In this document: piece by piece, positions 1 through 12,150 of the stretch | Layout of the letters: the number at the start of each line of letters is the position of its first letter | Numbering within the stretch: the first letter of the stretch is position 1 | DNA from: Somniosus microcephalus | Lineage: Eukaryota | Direction of reading: 5' to 3' | NCBI GenBank assembly: GCA_052327205.1 | Contig: CM126212.1 | Coordinates: 205,902,001-205,966,000, forward strand | Length of the DNA: 64,000 nt | Made by a program: the position numbers and the translations under genes | Notes under the pieces: generated by a model | What the model was told of the DNA's origin: nothing | What the model saw: only the letters and a program-made list of their open reading frames with translations | Database searches by the model: none

Positions 1-350
1 AAATGCTGGAAATACTCAGCAGGTCAGGCAGCATCTGTGGAGAGAGAAACAAAGTTAACATTTCAGGTCGATGACCCTTCGTCAGAACTGGAAAAAGTTA
101 AGAGCTGTAACCGGTTTTAAGCAAATACAGAGGAAGGGGGAGGGGAGGAAATAACAAAAGGGAAGGTCTGTGATGGGGGGAAGGCAGGAGAGATTAAATG
201 ACAAAAGGGTTGATGGTGCAAGTCAAAAAGTAATGGGACAAGTAAAGAAACAAAAGATGGGTCTAGAGGAGGTGTAAATGGCAATAGCAGAATCATTACC
301 AACATCTGCTGTCTGAAAAAATGGGAGCAGTGGTTATGATCTGAAGTATT
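1..350 (-). mobile_element. Penelope-like element (PLE) terminal repeat fragment, truncated by the window edge, with a minimal hammerhead motif at 53-89 (-)
   Basis: Shares the AAATGCTGGAAATACTCAGCAGGTCAGGCAGCATCTGTGGAGAGAGAAAC block with 6482-6716, 25374-25556, 48845-48950 and 62296-62400. The minus strand reads AGTT-CTGACGA-AGGGTCATCGACCT-GAAA-TGTT-AACT. Confidence 0.7.
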
Positions 351-1099
351 TTGATTTTTTTTACAAAGGCTGCTTCAGTTTTATAAGCGTGCACAATTTG
401 TATTTTAACTTCTATAAAATTGGCTCTACTTGTGCTGTCTAATTCTCTTCTGTATTAGTAATGAGGGTAAATTCATTTTACAAAACAGTATTTTAAAAGC
501 TACTAATGGCAAAAACTTCTGACTTTTATTCAATTAAAAATAGTAGATTGCTCTTGTTCCTCAGACATTTGTAGTTCGCGTTTTGAATGCAGAGCTGCAT
601 GTGTCTTGGTACATGCAAAACAACAGTTTGGGGTCACTTGTAGTAAGAAGTCATTTAAATAAACAAAGAAAATCCGATTAATCCACACCTCGGATTGTAT
701 TTAAAACAAACTAAAACTGTGCTCCAGTAGCTTTGCATTGCTCGTCATTTTAAGCAAGTTAGTTTTGTAATTTTTGTGTTCTGGCCATTAGACATGCTGT
801 AGGGGTAATGCAGCTCATTAAACTCCCTCACACATTGTCACGGATGGGTGTGCTTGCAATTCTCTCAGTTACACCTTAAGGGTAAGGTATTGGCAGAGGC
901 CTGTCCCTTGGACCTCCGGTAGATGATTAAATCATGGTTTGGCTAAGATTTAGAAGCAATTTTCTATCTGATCTGTTGGTCACGAACTAGTGTGCTTCAT
1001 GGGAAAGCCTAAAGAGGAGCGAGGAGATAAAATAATAAATAACTAGAGGAAAAAAAACATGTACTACAGTGCAAAATGTTGGATCAACCTTGTGCCTGT

Positions 1100-1869
1100 C
1101 TGTAACTTTACACCTGTTTTGAACTGTTTTAAGTTGTGTAGTCCCGTCACGGCTCTTTTTTTGCTGTTCTGCTTATTATTTGCAAAATGTTAATTCCTCC
1201 GGCAAATTGAGTTTTAAATACTGCAGTCATCAAGTGTGCAAAAAAATTTGCACACTTTCTACTCGCTGCTTTGTGTGTATTTTGCGAACGGAAAGTCTCT
1301 GCTGTGTGTAGTCTTGTTTTTGCAGAGCCAGCAATGTTTGCAGTCCAAGGCACTGCCCCCTTTGCAGCGCCTAGCCCAGCCCTCCCCCCCCAGTTGGTGC
1401 ATTTGGAGCCTGATCGTGTGCAGAAAAAATCCCTGACATTTGAGGCGCTGGAGGGATTTACTGAGCATGCTCCGTTGTCTGCCCGCTAAGAGAGAGGAAG
1501 CTCGTTTACATACGAGTCATACCAAGCATAGCCTGCATGTCTGTGCAGTTAACTTGCAGCGGGCTGTGAGGAGAGCTGGCGCGTCTTGTCTCTGTCACAA
1601 TTGAGCCTTCTAACTATGAACAGCCCAGTTTTAAGAGTTTCTGGCCTGTGAGGAAAAAAAACTAAAATCTGTGGGCACAAATCGAACCTTTTCTTTCCAC
1701 AGAAAGCTCTGTGCCCTTGAAGGGTGCTACTTCTTAATTTTATTTTTTTTTGGATCTGAAAGGCTGGGGCCTTCAGCTTTGCAGAGAGAGGGAGAGAAAC
1801 ACAGCCAGGAGCTAGTCTGAAGCGCGCTATCTGGTTAAGCAAACAGCTGGCCTTTTTGCTACCCAGTAA
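1100..1869 (+). promoter_or_regulatory. Probable promoter / 5' UTR of the MLLKKMDLL isoform of VGLL4
   Basis: Repeat-free sequence with more CpG than the surrounding intron, directly upstream of the ATG at 1870. The TSS cannot be determined from sequence. Confidence 0.45.
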
Positions 1870-1945
1870 ATGCTACTTAAGAAAATGGACCTGTTGAACT
1901 ATCCGTACAAGATGAGCAACAATATTGGCATCCTTTGCTTTGAAG
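1870..1945 (+). CDS. VGLL4: VGLL4 first coding exon (MLLKKMDLLNYPYKMSNNIGILCFE-G)
   Basis: Matches the vertebrate VGLL4 N-terminus MLFMKMDLLNYQYLDKMNNNIGILCYEG as I recall it. 76 nt, phase-1 donor G|GTAAA. Confidence 0.93.
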
Positions 1946-4900
1946 GTAAAACTCCAGCTTGTTTCAGTTTTTTTCTCGCAGTTCTTGAATAGTGTGTTAA
2001 ATACTTTTTCAAGTTTCCGATTGCAGAATGCTACTTTGTTTCCCCACCTCTCGCCCTTTTCAGGATCTAAAATATTTTGGTCTGTTGGTTTTAACATTGT
2101 GTATCAATTTTTCTAAAAATATGAACAGGCTGATCATTTTTGCTTCATGTTTCTTTGTCTGTGGAAAAGCCGTGCCCTATGTCTGCCTAAGGCTCTCGGA
2201 GATTGCAGCCGCGCTAACAAAGAAAACTTGCTGGCTGTCTGAGGAGCCATGTTGTACTTGCACAGTCTGACTCTTTGTTTAGCTTATCATTTCCTGTGTA
2301 GTTCTGAGAAAGTTCTGACATTGAGGGATGTGCCTCTCCTCTCAAATGCTGCAAGAGATAATTGTTGACCCAAAGAGAAAACACATTTTTTTTGCTCAGG
2401 CTAATTGTAGCTTAGTTATTTTGTGTTTGGTTTAAAAGATTTTGCGCACAGTATTTTGCATTACTCCTGAGAGTTCAGTAATGATCAAAGATGACCCACA
2501 GTGTAGCTATTGGGCTGTTTGTATTCTTAAAACAGCATCTACGTGCTGTTTAAAGGAGTGGTAATGGCTTGATTTTGGATTCTAAAGCATTAGTGATTTA
2601 AAGCTAACACAAGTATTGCATAAACCACACTTGGTACAGTACTATCCATGCTTGTTACTAAGTCAATTCAAGCTGCATATTTTTGAACTTCATTTATTAA
2701 AAATGTAAAGCAGAGTTAATTGCGAGAACTTGCCTCTGCACTTGACCTGTAGATTCAGATAATGTTGCAAATCCTTAAGAAGCCAGCTCCTTGCGTTTTG
2801 CATACTAGCTTTATTAGCTTCAAGCTTTTAAAGCTGAATCTTAATTAATTACTACTGTAACAGCCTAAACACAAGTAAAAATTTAAGATAAGCAGGCAAC
2901 AAAGGAAAGCAGCATTTCTGTTTTAAATGATTAACTTACAGGCAGCACTAGAGGGGCGGGGGGGGGGGGGGGGTGAGTGACAGGAAGCTTGATTTCTTCC
3001 TTGGGTGCATTTTACCATTTAACTTCCCATTCAAGTACTGTAGTTTTCTCTGGGTGAAGTCAGGCACCTAGTGGAGACAAAGGATTGATATCTTTAAAGT
3101 TTTTTTTCCTGTTTTTTGTTTTGTTTTACCAGCTTTGAATTTCACTTCATTTTTTTTCAAAAAGATAATATGGAAGATTTTGGGATTTTCCACAAAGAAA
3201 AAAATATATACCCATAGTTCTTTGCAAGTGTTACTACAACCATTTTAAAAACATGGAAAAATACAAGGTAAAGAGGTACTGTAGATCAGTCTTGCTTGTT
3301 CTTCCATCAGAATTCATTCATTAACAATAAAGTTAGAAAAGTTGTCTCTGTCAAAATATTATTATCAGAGAGAGATTTGACATAAAATGGAAGTTATCGG
3401 TGAAGTTCGGTGCAACCTATTCCGGTGGTTAGGATTTTTTCCTTTGTTATAATTGACAGTTCCATTCTGGTTTTTACAGAATTTAGGCATGCACTAAATT
3501 AGTGGAACATCAGTTGATCACATCTGTTTTCCAGTTTTCAGCATCTTGGGGGAAACGTAATTCTGTTTGAAATCATTAAGAGTTTTAATGCAGCCCACTG
3601 ATGCCAAACAAAATGCAGTTTGGCAAACTTGCTGTTATAAACTGCTGGGAACACTTGGCTGTATGTTTGAATAATAATCAAAGACCAAAGTACACTTTTA
3701 TCGGGGGGGGGAGGGAATCGGGTTATTCATATGGATTATGGTATTTATAATGTACAGATTTTATTTTTATGAAGTTTCAGAATATGTGTTTCCACTTTTT
3801 TTCCCTCACTTTACTAATTGCTTCTGTGTTAGCAGCTGTTGTGACCTGGAAGCAATCCTGTTCAGCAAACAGTAATTCAGTAATACTAATGGCAATGCCA
3901 GAGGTCACTTTGGTTTGGTCCACATATAATTGGCATAAAGAATCTTACATGTGTTGGCTTCTTCCTGCTCCCCATCTTAACAGAAAAATCTGATTATACA
4001 CTGGTAATTTCTATGCATAGCATTTAGAATTTTAATTGTGTTTTTGGACACGGTGTTTAAATATATATATATATTTTTTTGAACTAATATTTATTTTCAA
4101 AATGAGAAAAGTGATTTAAAAAAAATTACTTTATCAATTGCAGCTCCCAAGCCCCTTCATCGTAAATTAAGTTTTTATGTAGTTTGCTCCTTATGAAAAT
4201 TATGTGATCATGTCGGCTTCACATAGTTTCCTCGTATCTTGTTTTAATTTATTTTGAATGCATTTATTCTGTTATCTATGCAAGTGTTATTTCAATTGGA
4301 AGCCTGTAGAGGTACAATGATATAGAATTATCAAATTAATATACATTGTCATTTATTGAAATACTTTGTGCTATTAGATGTACAAATTCAAACAGATTCT
4401 TAGGGCAATATTTTGTATATAACTAGCAATATTTTTTATATAACTAGCGTTGAATTCTGCTCTTTGTCTGTAGTTCTTGGGCCTCTGGTTGACAGGAGAA
4501 AGGACAGATAAACAATTGCAATGTTCAGACACTACAAATGTTTTGTGCTTACAATGGCCATTTGGAGTTTTTACTATTGAACTTTTTAAAAAAAATGGAA
4601 AATTGATTTAAAATAAACAGATTTATGTTCATTTTGATTTAATAATCGGAGATGGGTGAGACCCAGAAAAAGAATCATAGTTTCTGTGGATTTTGATTGC
4701 CTGGGTCTGTTTTAACTCTGGTGTCTAGGTTTCAGTGTGAGCTGTGCACCGAGAATGCAGGCATTCAAAAGCCCATTACAAAAGCTGAGCCAGCAGCACT
4801 GGGGTGAAAAGGCTATGTAGCAGAACCGTTCTGTACCAGCTGCCTACTCTTGTGCACCGTGTCAAATGACAGGCACTTGATACTTAGTGAATTTTGAGCT

Positions 4901-6229
4901 CCAACATCTGCATCTTGTTTTTTCTGTGAAAATGGTTTTCTTTGCGCTCATTCAGTCTAGTGAAGACGGAATTTGTAAAATAACACAAGTATAATGTGTA
5001 CAGTAGTAGGTTTGTCATTGCTTAACTCCCTGCTAATTCTATTCTGGAAAATAATGCAACGATATAATTCCCAGTGGTGAGGCTAGCATCCCTCGGTAGT
5101 GGTTCTCATTTGTTTAGTTTGAGTGTCCAGATGGCTAAAACAACAGGAGGTATCCTTTTGTGATGTATGCTCCTTCTGTATCTCTCTCCTTGGCCTTGAA
5201 CTGTGGTAACTAGGATGCAGAAACCAAACAATAAACAGTGAATTTTAGCCGCTGACCTTTTGGGTATTTCATGAACTTGGAACAACTGGCGCTCAAATGC
5301 TGGCTCATTGAGTAGAAGAATTGTTAATACTTTACCAATACAGTAATTGATTAGCTTAAGTGAAAGTAACTCTGCTAATTCACGTGAATGTGATTTCAGA
5401 GCGCATCACCAATTCAAATATAGAAAGTTCATGCTGAAAAACATATATCACTTCAATAACCTTATGTGATGACAGGCGAAAAGGAGTTTGGCTGAATAGA
5501 AATGTACTGTGAGGGGCTGAAAAAAATAAACTGTGAGAATGAGCTGCTGGAAAGGGGTGAGAAAGACTCCCTTTAAGTAGGAAAGATGGCCAAAAATACA
5601 GAGAACCATCTGTAACTGGGAGTCTGGTCCGTATTAAAATGCTATAAACAATTTTCTGTTGGAGATTAAATTAAGTTGCCTTTTATTTTAATGTTCTGAA
5701 ATGCAACATTCTGTTAAGCTGCAGCCTGCATTATGTTTAGCCCATTGTCAGGACTCTGGCTTTCATTGTAAAGTCACTCTCATGTTATTCACCGTTGCTA
5801 AACTGATATCCTAATCACTTGCACTAAATTTATGTTAACTATTCTACCTGGTGATATGTTAATGCCTTGGGTGTGTACAGGGAACATGTGAGAATGTTTT
5901 GAGTTTTTTTTGGAACAAGATTAATAAAACTGACAGTTGAACTTTACTTTCTGTCAGGTTTAAGCAGTTAATGTTCTTTTGAATTGACGCACTGCTTTTG
6001 ATGTACTGGGACTGTTCTCGGTTTGTCTTGTTTCTGAATGCCAGCTCTGAATTGCAGCTTCAGGTTTGTTGAGTAGAATTTGGATCTGAAGTTCTAATCC
6101 AGATCAGTTCTCGCTCTTCTCTCCCATCAAACTATCTGAAACATTAGCTATGTTAATGTAACTTTTGATCAAACGTCTGCATAGGACTGAAACGTAAAGC
6201 GTACAGACTAAATCAGTGTCTTTGCTGAC

Positions 6230-6450
6230 TATATCTGGCCAATATTTATCTCTCAACTAACACCTAAAACAGATTATCTGGTCATTTATTTCATTGCTGT
6301 TTGTGGGAGCTTGCTGTGCACAATTTGACTCTCACGTTTCCGACATTACAACGGTGACTACACTTCAAAAGTACTTCATTGGCTGTAAAGCATTTTGGGG
6401 TGTCCTGAGGTGGTGAAAGGCGCTATATAAATGCAAGTCTTTTCTTTTTT
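6230..6450 (+). mobile_element. HE1-type SINE 3' part
   Basis: CATTGCTGTTTGTGGGAGCTTGCTGTG...GACTACACTTCAAAAGTACTTCATTGGCTGTAAAG...AAGGCGCTATATAAATGCAAGTC; the same tail recurs at 23830, 33013 and 34490. Confidence 0.75.
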
Positions 6451-6481
6451 CTTCGTGTTTAAAAATTCAAAATTTTCTGAT

Positions 6482-6716
6482 ACAAAAGCAAAATACTGCG
6501 GATGCTGGAAATCTGAAATAAACACAGAAAATGCTGGACGTACTCAGCAGGTCAGGCAGCATCTGCGAAGAGAGAAACCGAGTTAACGTTTCAGGTCGAT
6601 GACCTTTCGTCAGAACGCTCTGACACAAGGTCATTGACCTGAAACATTAACACTCTTTCTCCACACATGCTGCCTGACCAGCTGAGTATGTCCAGCATTT
6701 TTTGTGTTTATTCCAA
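6482..6716. mobile_element. Penelope-derived palindromic short element (two inverted terminal-repeat halves)
   Basis: The left arm ...GAAATAAACACAGAAAATGCTGGACGTACTCAGC... is mirrored by ...GCTGAGTATGTCCAGCATTTTTTGTGTTTATT; hammerhead motifs lie at the centre. Confidence 0.7.
6581..6617 (-). ncRNA. Minimal type I hammerhead ribozyme motif
   Basis: Minus strand GTT-CTGACGA-A-AGGTC-ATC-GACCT-GAAA-CGTT-AAC: intact CUGANGA and GAAA core, 5-bp stem II, palindromic ACGU stem III, GTT/AAC stem I. Confidence 0.65.
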
Positions 6717-9700
6717 ATTTTCTTGTATCAATAGATTTTTTATGCAACTGCATGTTGTAAGCCATATATCTGTTTACTTTTTTGTTGGATACTATCGTAA
6801 ACACTTTTTTTTCTTTCTGTTTACTGCATAAAATTTTGGCGGGAAACAAAATCCACTTAAGCCTAAGGGATCCTGTCCTGTAAAACCTGATCTGCAACTT
6901 TATGCAAACTGACTTGACAGCTTTATGTTCACTGCATCATCTCCCTGCAAAGGGATAAAAGGAGAGGTCATTTTCGGTGCTATCGGCAGTGATCTGAGCT
7001 GTGTTTTTCATTTTTCCACAAAGCTGGAACAGCTTTAAATGGAGTAGACACAGGCAGGGCAGAAAGGGAAAGACTGGTAGTGGGAACAACAGTATGTGCT
7101 TTGTTAAACTACAACTGAAATTAAGACTTCAAAATTACTCATGCATATGCATGAGCCTCTAGAATTTCCATCTGTTTTGCATGAAAACAATTCCTCATTA
7201 TATTTTGATTTGAGACCAAATGCAGATATTACACTGTTTTTTGGTAGCTAAGCCAGGCCACAGTTTAAGTGGGGTTTCTCAGCTAACAACTGGTTGAGAA
7301 TGTGATTAAATCCAAGTTCAGGCACCGTGTTTCTATAATTGTGGCAAGAAAACTGAAGGAGCCAGATGGTCACTCTTAACCCTAAAGTTGACCAGCAAAA
7401 AATAAAGGCCATGATGAAACCAATATCTAGCTGAACTGTGTGTATGTGTCCAAAACATCAGCCATCCTTGATTTTGTGCCATTTGTATATAATCCTTGCA
7501 TTTTGAAGCAAATTACCCCAAACTGTCATTTCTAATTATTTTGAAGATTTCAGATTTTTTTTTTAGTTTAAATCTGTAACTTAAACCTTCAACAAAGGCA
7601 TCTTGCAGCCACTTCTGAATATACAGAAAATCTCGCTGAGCTATATTTTGCAATATAATGTGTACCTAAACATAAGCCAATTCTAGCGGACTGTAGTACG
7701 TATTGGCTCCAATAGTTAATAAAATAACCATCATTTATATTTCAATAAATCTTTTATGGGTTTTCTATTTTTAAAATAATTGTACCCAGAGACAGCGTTA
7801 CTCTGTTCCTTTTTTAATGTGGCAATATGACATGTGGAGTGGTTCCCACGCAGGCAAATGGGTCAGGATATAGAACTTAGTAGCTGCAGATATAAATAGT
7901 TCTGAGCTGAATTAATCCACAAACTCTATGTACACGTTCAATTAAAATGTTGTACAATTTCTCATTGCGGTATAGAGTGAGTCTTGCGCATACATTGCTT
8001 CTGTACAGATCCCTGGATATACTCCTCCTAGGACATCTGGTGTGCATTGCAGCTATATTTTTTCCATTGCTTGCTGCGGTATCTTTGAAGGCTATCGCAG
8101 TAACTGTGGTCTGCCCAGATTAAATCATATGGAACTGACTGAGAATGCTGACAGCCCCTTTTTCCCCCTTCTTTCCTTTTCCTTTTTCATTGGCTGCAGC
8201 TGAGGATGTGCAAATCTGCAGTGGATTTGGGGGAAAAACACACTATTTTACACGTTACAACGATTTACAATGTGGCAGTGGAAGAAGCAGCCTGGGTCAG
8301 AAAATATGTGTTGCAGTAGACTTAAAAAAATGTTTTGCATTCAGGAACATTTTGCTTTGTATGGCGACAATTGAGGGTTAACTCACACTGAACCAATAAT
8401 TTAACAAATGAAATAATTGCTGAAGTAGACACCTTGTACATCTGTGTTTTGATTTGTTAGCACTGACGATCTGCTAATGTAGGGATGCCAACCTGTAGCC
8501 CTAGTGCCACATGTGCCAATCGCACTGTTGATGTCCAATTCGCAATTATATTTCTTATTTGCTTGTTTTAATTTTCACGGCTGGAGTATTTTTTTTACTA
8601 TTAGCTATTTTGCTTCATTAGTTGGATAAATCGTCAATCGGAACACTTTTTTTTGATTTCTTGGTGTCCACAGCTTGAGATGTATGATAATTAATGGGGC
8701 CATGGGTTTAAGCTGTATAAGTAGCCTTTGAGGCTCAATGAAGCACAATTGTGCAGTGCAAGAAGACAAGGTTTGGGCACCTCTGCCTATATATCGAATG
8801 TTGAAAAGGCAAAATCTGCTGGTTCTCATTTTGTATGACGCACTGCCTAAATTATTACTCCTTTTTGTGTCTTAACCAATTTTTACTTCTCATTTTGAGG
8901 TAATCTAATCATGACTCTCACGAACATTTTATTTCATGTGATTTAATGGGAGTCTACCACTGTAACCTGATCATAACATCGCCAATTTATTTCTGAAGTT
9001 TCAGCAAGTCCTATTTTACGTTGATTTAATGCTTTGATGGGCCCTGTTTGGCACATTTGTATTTTTGTAGCTTTTTCACATCTGTTGGTGGAGGGGGGGA
9101 GAACTTCCTTCCTGGGGAGCGTAAGTAACTTGACAAACATCAGGTTAAAATTCCATGGGGAGGGGGCTGGGGGGGTAGAAATTCTATACATAGCTGCTCA
9201 GCTGGGCAAGAGAATACATGTAAATGTTTTTTGCTGCCTCAAGTGAATAAGCAGTCAGGAAGGTGAAATTGGAAATGGATCAAAATGTTGCCTGGTAATG
9301 AGGCTGATGACTTGTAAAAAGTCACATGAATAAACTGCATGTGGAATGTGTAGTATCTGGTTCTAGGAGACAAAAACTAAATCAAATATATTCAAACTGC
9401 TGTTGCAGCTTTTTTTTTAAAGTCTAGCTTTATCGGAGGGTTTCTTGCCAAAATTATGATGTCATTTTGGTTGCCATGGAGTGTGGTTAGACTGGAGGAG
9501 ACAACCCAGCCAGCAAAATAGGACATTTGTTTGGTGAACTGCGCTGTGGTTTCCCTTCACTGACTGAATGCAATGGGGAAAACTACCAACAATAAATCTC
9601 TTGAATTTTCAGCTCGTCGTCCTTTTTTGTTGTTGTTTTTCTGTAGTTTGAGGAAGAGGTGTGGGCCTCTTGCAGACTTGGGTGCATGCCCCTATTTTTC

Positions 9701-10147
9701 CCATGCAGGCAGGGGGTGTGTGAGCCTGTTCGGAGTTTGGTTTTTATGCCTACATATAAAACTGTAGAACATTAACAGTTTCCAATAAACTAGTAAAGTT
9801 TAGTTTGGCAAGCTGTTTTTTTCCTCTGCCACAGCCCTTATTGTGCAGAAAGAAAAACTAAATTCCCCACAGCATTGCTGAGTTATATTTCTCATTTGCA
9901 GCAAAGCTAAGTCGCAAATTTTATGCAAAATAGAGGGTTTGGTTGTCCTTTTGAGCTAAATTAGAGTGTTGACTAGTAAGATGTTGAGTGAAATGTATTG
10001 TACATTACTGAAGTGTTAAGCATGAAGCATTTTTAACTCTCTTCTCACCCTGTACCAACATCTTGTTAAACAGCTAGATTGCATTTACAACCTGCTGTGG
10101 AAAGGATAGTATTTCAGAGGAATAACCTCTCTTTATTTAATCCACAG

Positions 10148-10334
10148 GTGAAGCTGCACTAAGGGGTGACGGTAGGATGCAGTCAATCCCAGTGTCCGCC
10201 GCACTCGCCAACCATCGCACAGGACCTCCACCCATTAGCCCCAACAAGAGGAAGTTCAGTGGGGACCAGGGAGAAGATGATGTGGAAAGTGAGAATGAAC
10301 ATGCCTCCAAAGCGAGCAGGTTATATGTTCAAGT
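10148..10334 (+). CDS. VGLL4: VGLL4 coding exon 2 (GEAALRGDGRMQSIPVSAALANHRTGPPPISPNKRKFSGDQGEDDVESENEHASKASRLYVQV)
   Basis: Acceptor TCCACAG|, donor |GTAAGT, 187 nt, phase 1 to 2. EAALRG and HRTGPPPISPxKRK are VGLL4 signatures. Confidence 0.96.
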
Positions 10335-10442
10335 GTAAGTATTTCTTGACTAGAAGTATTCCATGTGCAGGAAACTAGGAGCTCTTGGGCTACATCAGTT
10401 GCAGAAGATGGAACTGGTTGGAGTGCCATTAGTCAACTTGAA

Positions 10443-12150
10443 TAAGAACATAAGAAATAGGAGCTGGAGTAGGCCAATCGGCCCCTCGAGCCTGCTCCGC
10501 CATTCAATAAGATCATGGCTGATCTGATCCTAACCGCCAATCCGCTTATCACAGAACCATCTCCTGAATCTAACAGAATTAGACACACGAAATAGGAGCA
10601 GGATCAGGCTACACGGCCCCTGGGCCCGCTCCGCTACCCACAGGGCCATGACCGATCCGAACCTAGACTCATGTCCAAATTCCTGCCCGCTCCCCGTAAC
10701 CCTTAATTCCCTTTACTTCTAGGAAACTGTCTTATTTCTGTTTTAAATTTATGTAATGATGTAGCTTCTACAGCTTTTTGGGGCAGCATATTCCATGGAC
10801 CGACCACCCTCTGAGTGAAGTAGTTCCTCCTCATTTCAGTTTTGAAAGAGCAGCCCCTTATTCTAAGACTATGCCCCCTAGTTCTAGTTTCACCCATCAT
10901 CGGGAACATCTTCCCCGCATCCACCCGATCCAACCCCTTCACAATCTTATATGTTTCAATAAGATCGCCTCTCATTCTTCTGAACTCCAATGAGTAGAGT
11001 CCCAATCTACTCAACCTCTCCTCATATGTCCATCCCCCTCATCCCCGGGATTAACCGAGTGAACCTTCTTTGTACTGACTCGAGAGCAAGTATGTCCTTT
11101 CTTAAGTATGGACACCAAAACTGTACGCAGTATTCCAGGTGCGGTCTCACCAATACCTTGTACAACTGAAGCAATACCTCCCTATTTTTATATTCTATCC
11201 CCCTAGCAATGAAAGCCAACATTCCATTGGCCTTCTTAATCACTTGCTGCACCTGCATACTAACCTTTTGAGTTTTGTGCACCAGGACCCCCAGACCCCT
11301 TTGTACTTCAGTACTTTCCAGTTTCTTGCCATTAAGATAATAACTTGCTCTACGATTTTTCCTGCCAAAGTGCATAACCTCACACTTTCCAGTATTGTAT
11401 TCCATCTGCCAAATCTCTGCCCACTTAATTAGCCTGTCGATGTCCCCTTGCAGGTTTTTTATGTCCTCCTCACTCACTACTTTCCCTCCCATCTTAGTAT
11501 CATCTGCAAACTTTGATATGTTACACTTGGTCCCCTCCTCCAAATCGTTAATACAGATTGTAAAGAGTTGGGGACCCAGCACTGACCCCTGCGGAACACC
11601 ACTAGTTACTGATTGCCAGTCTGAGAATGAACCATTTATCCCAACTCTCTGCCTTCTGTTAGATAGCCAATCCTCTATCCATGCCAGAATATTACCCCCA
11701 ATCCCGTGATTTTTTATCTTAAGCAATAATCTTTTGTGTGGCACCTTGTCAAATGCCTTTTGGAAGTCTAAATACACTATGTCCACTGGTTGCCCTTTAT
11801 CCACCCTATACGTTACTTCCTCAAAAGAACTCCAGCAAATTTGTCAAACATGACTTCCCCTTCATAAAACCATGCTGACTTTGTCCTATTAAATTATGAT
11901 TATCCAAATGTCCTGTTACTGTCTCCTTAATAATGGACTCCAAAATTTTACCTACCACAGATGTTAGGCTAACCGGTCTATAGTTTCCAGCCTTCTGTCT
12001 ACTGCCCTTTTTAAATAAGGGTGTTACATTAGCAGTTTTCCAGTCTGCCGGGACCTTTGCCGAGTCCAGGGAGTTTTGGAAAATTATTACCAATGCATCC
12101 ACAATCCCTACCGCCACTTCCCTCAAGACCCTAGGATGTAAGCCATCAGG
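10443..12150 (-). mobile_element. CR1-clade LINE, 5'-truncated, young; ORF2 reverse transcriptase in three frames
   Basis: ORFs 11821-12126, 11022-11804 and 10703-11014 contain NYRPVSLTSVVGK, YLDFQKAFDKVPH, GVPQGSVLGP, KFADDTK and RPHLEYCVQFW. TTCTTATG-type tail at about 10443-10457. Confidence 0.96.

Noticed and set aside
1-1869. VGLL4 METPLDVLSRAAS first exon
   Set aside because: Not found; it probably lies upstream of the window.
4405-4448. Short tandem duplication GCAATATTTT.TATATAACTA
   Set aside because: Two copies only; ordinary replication slippage.
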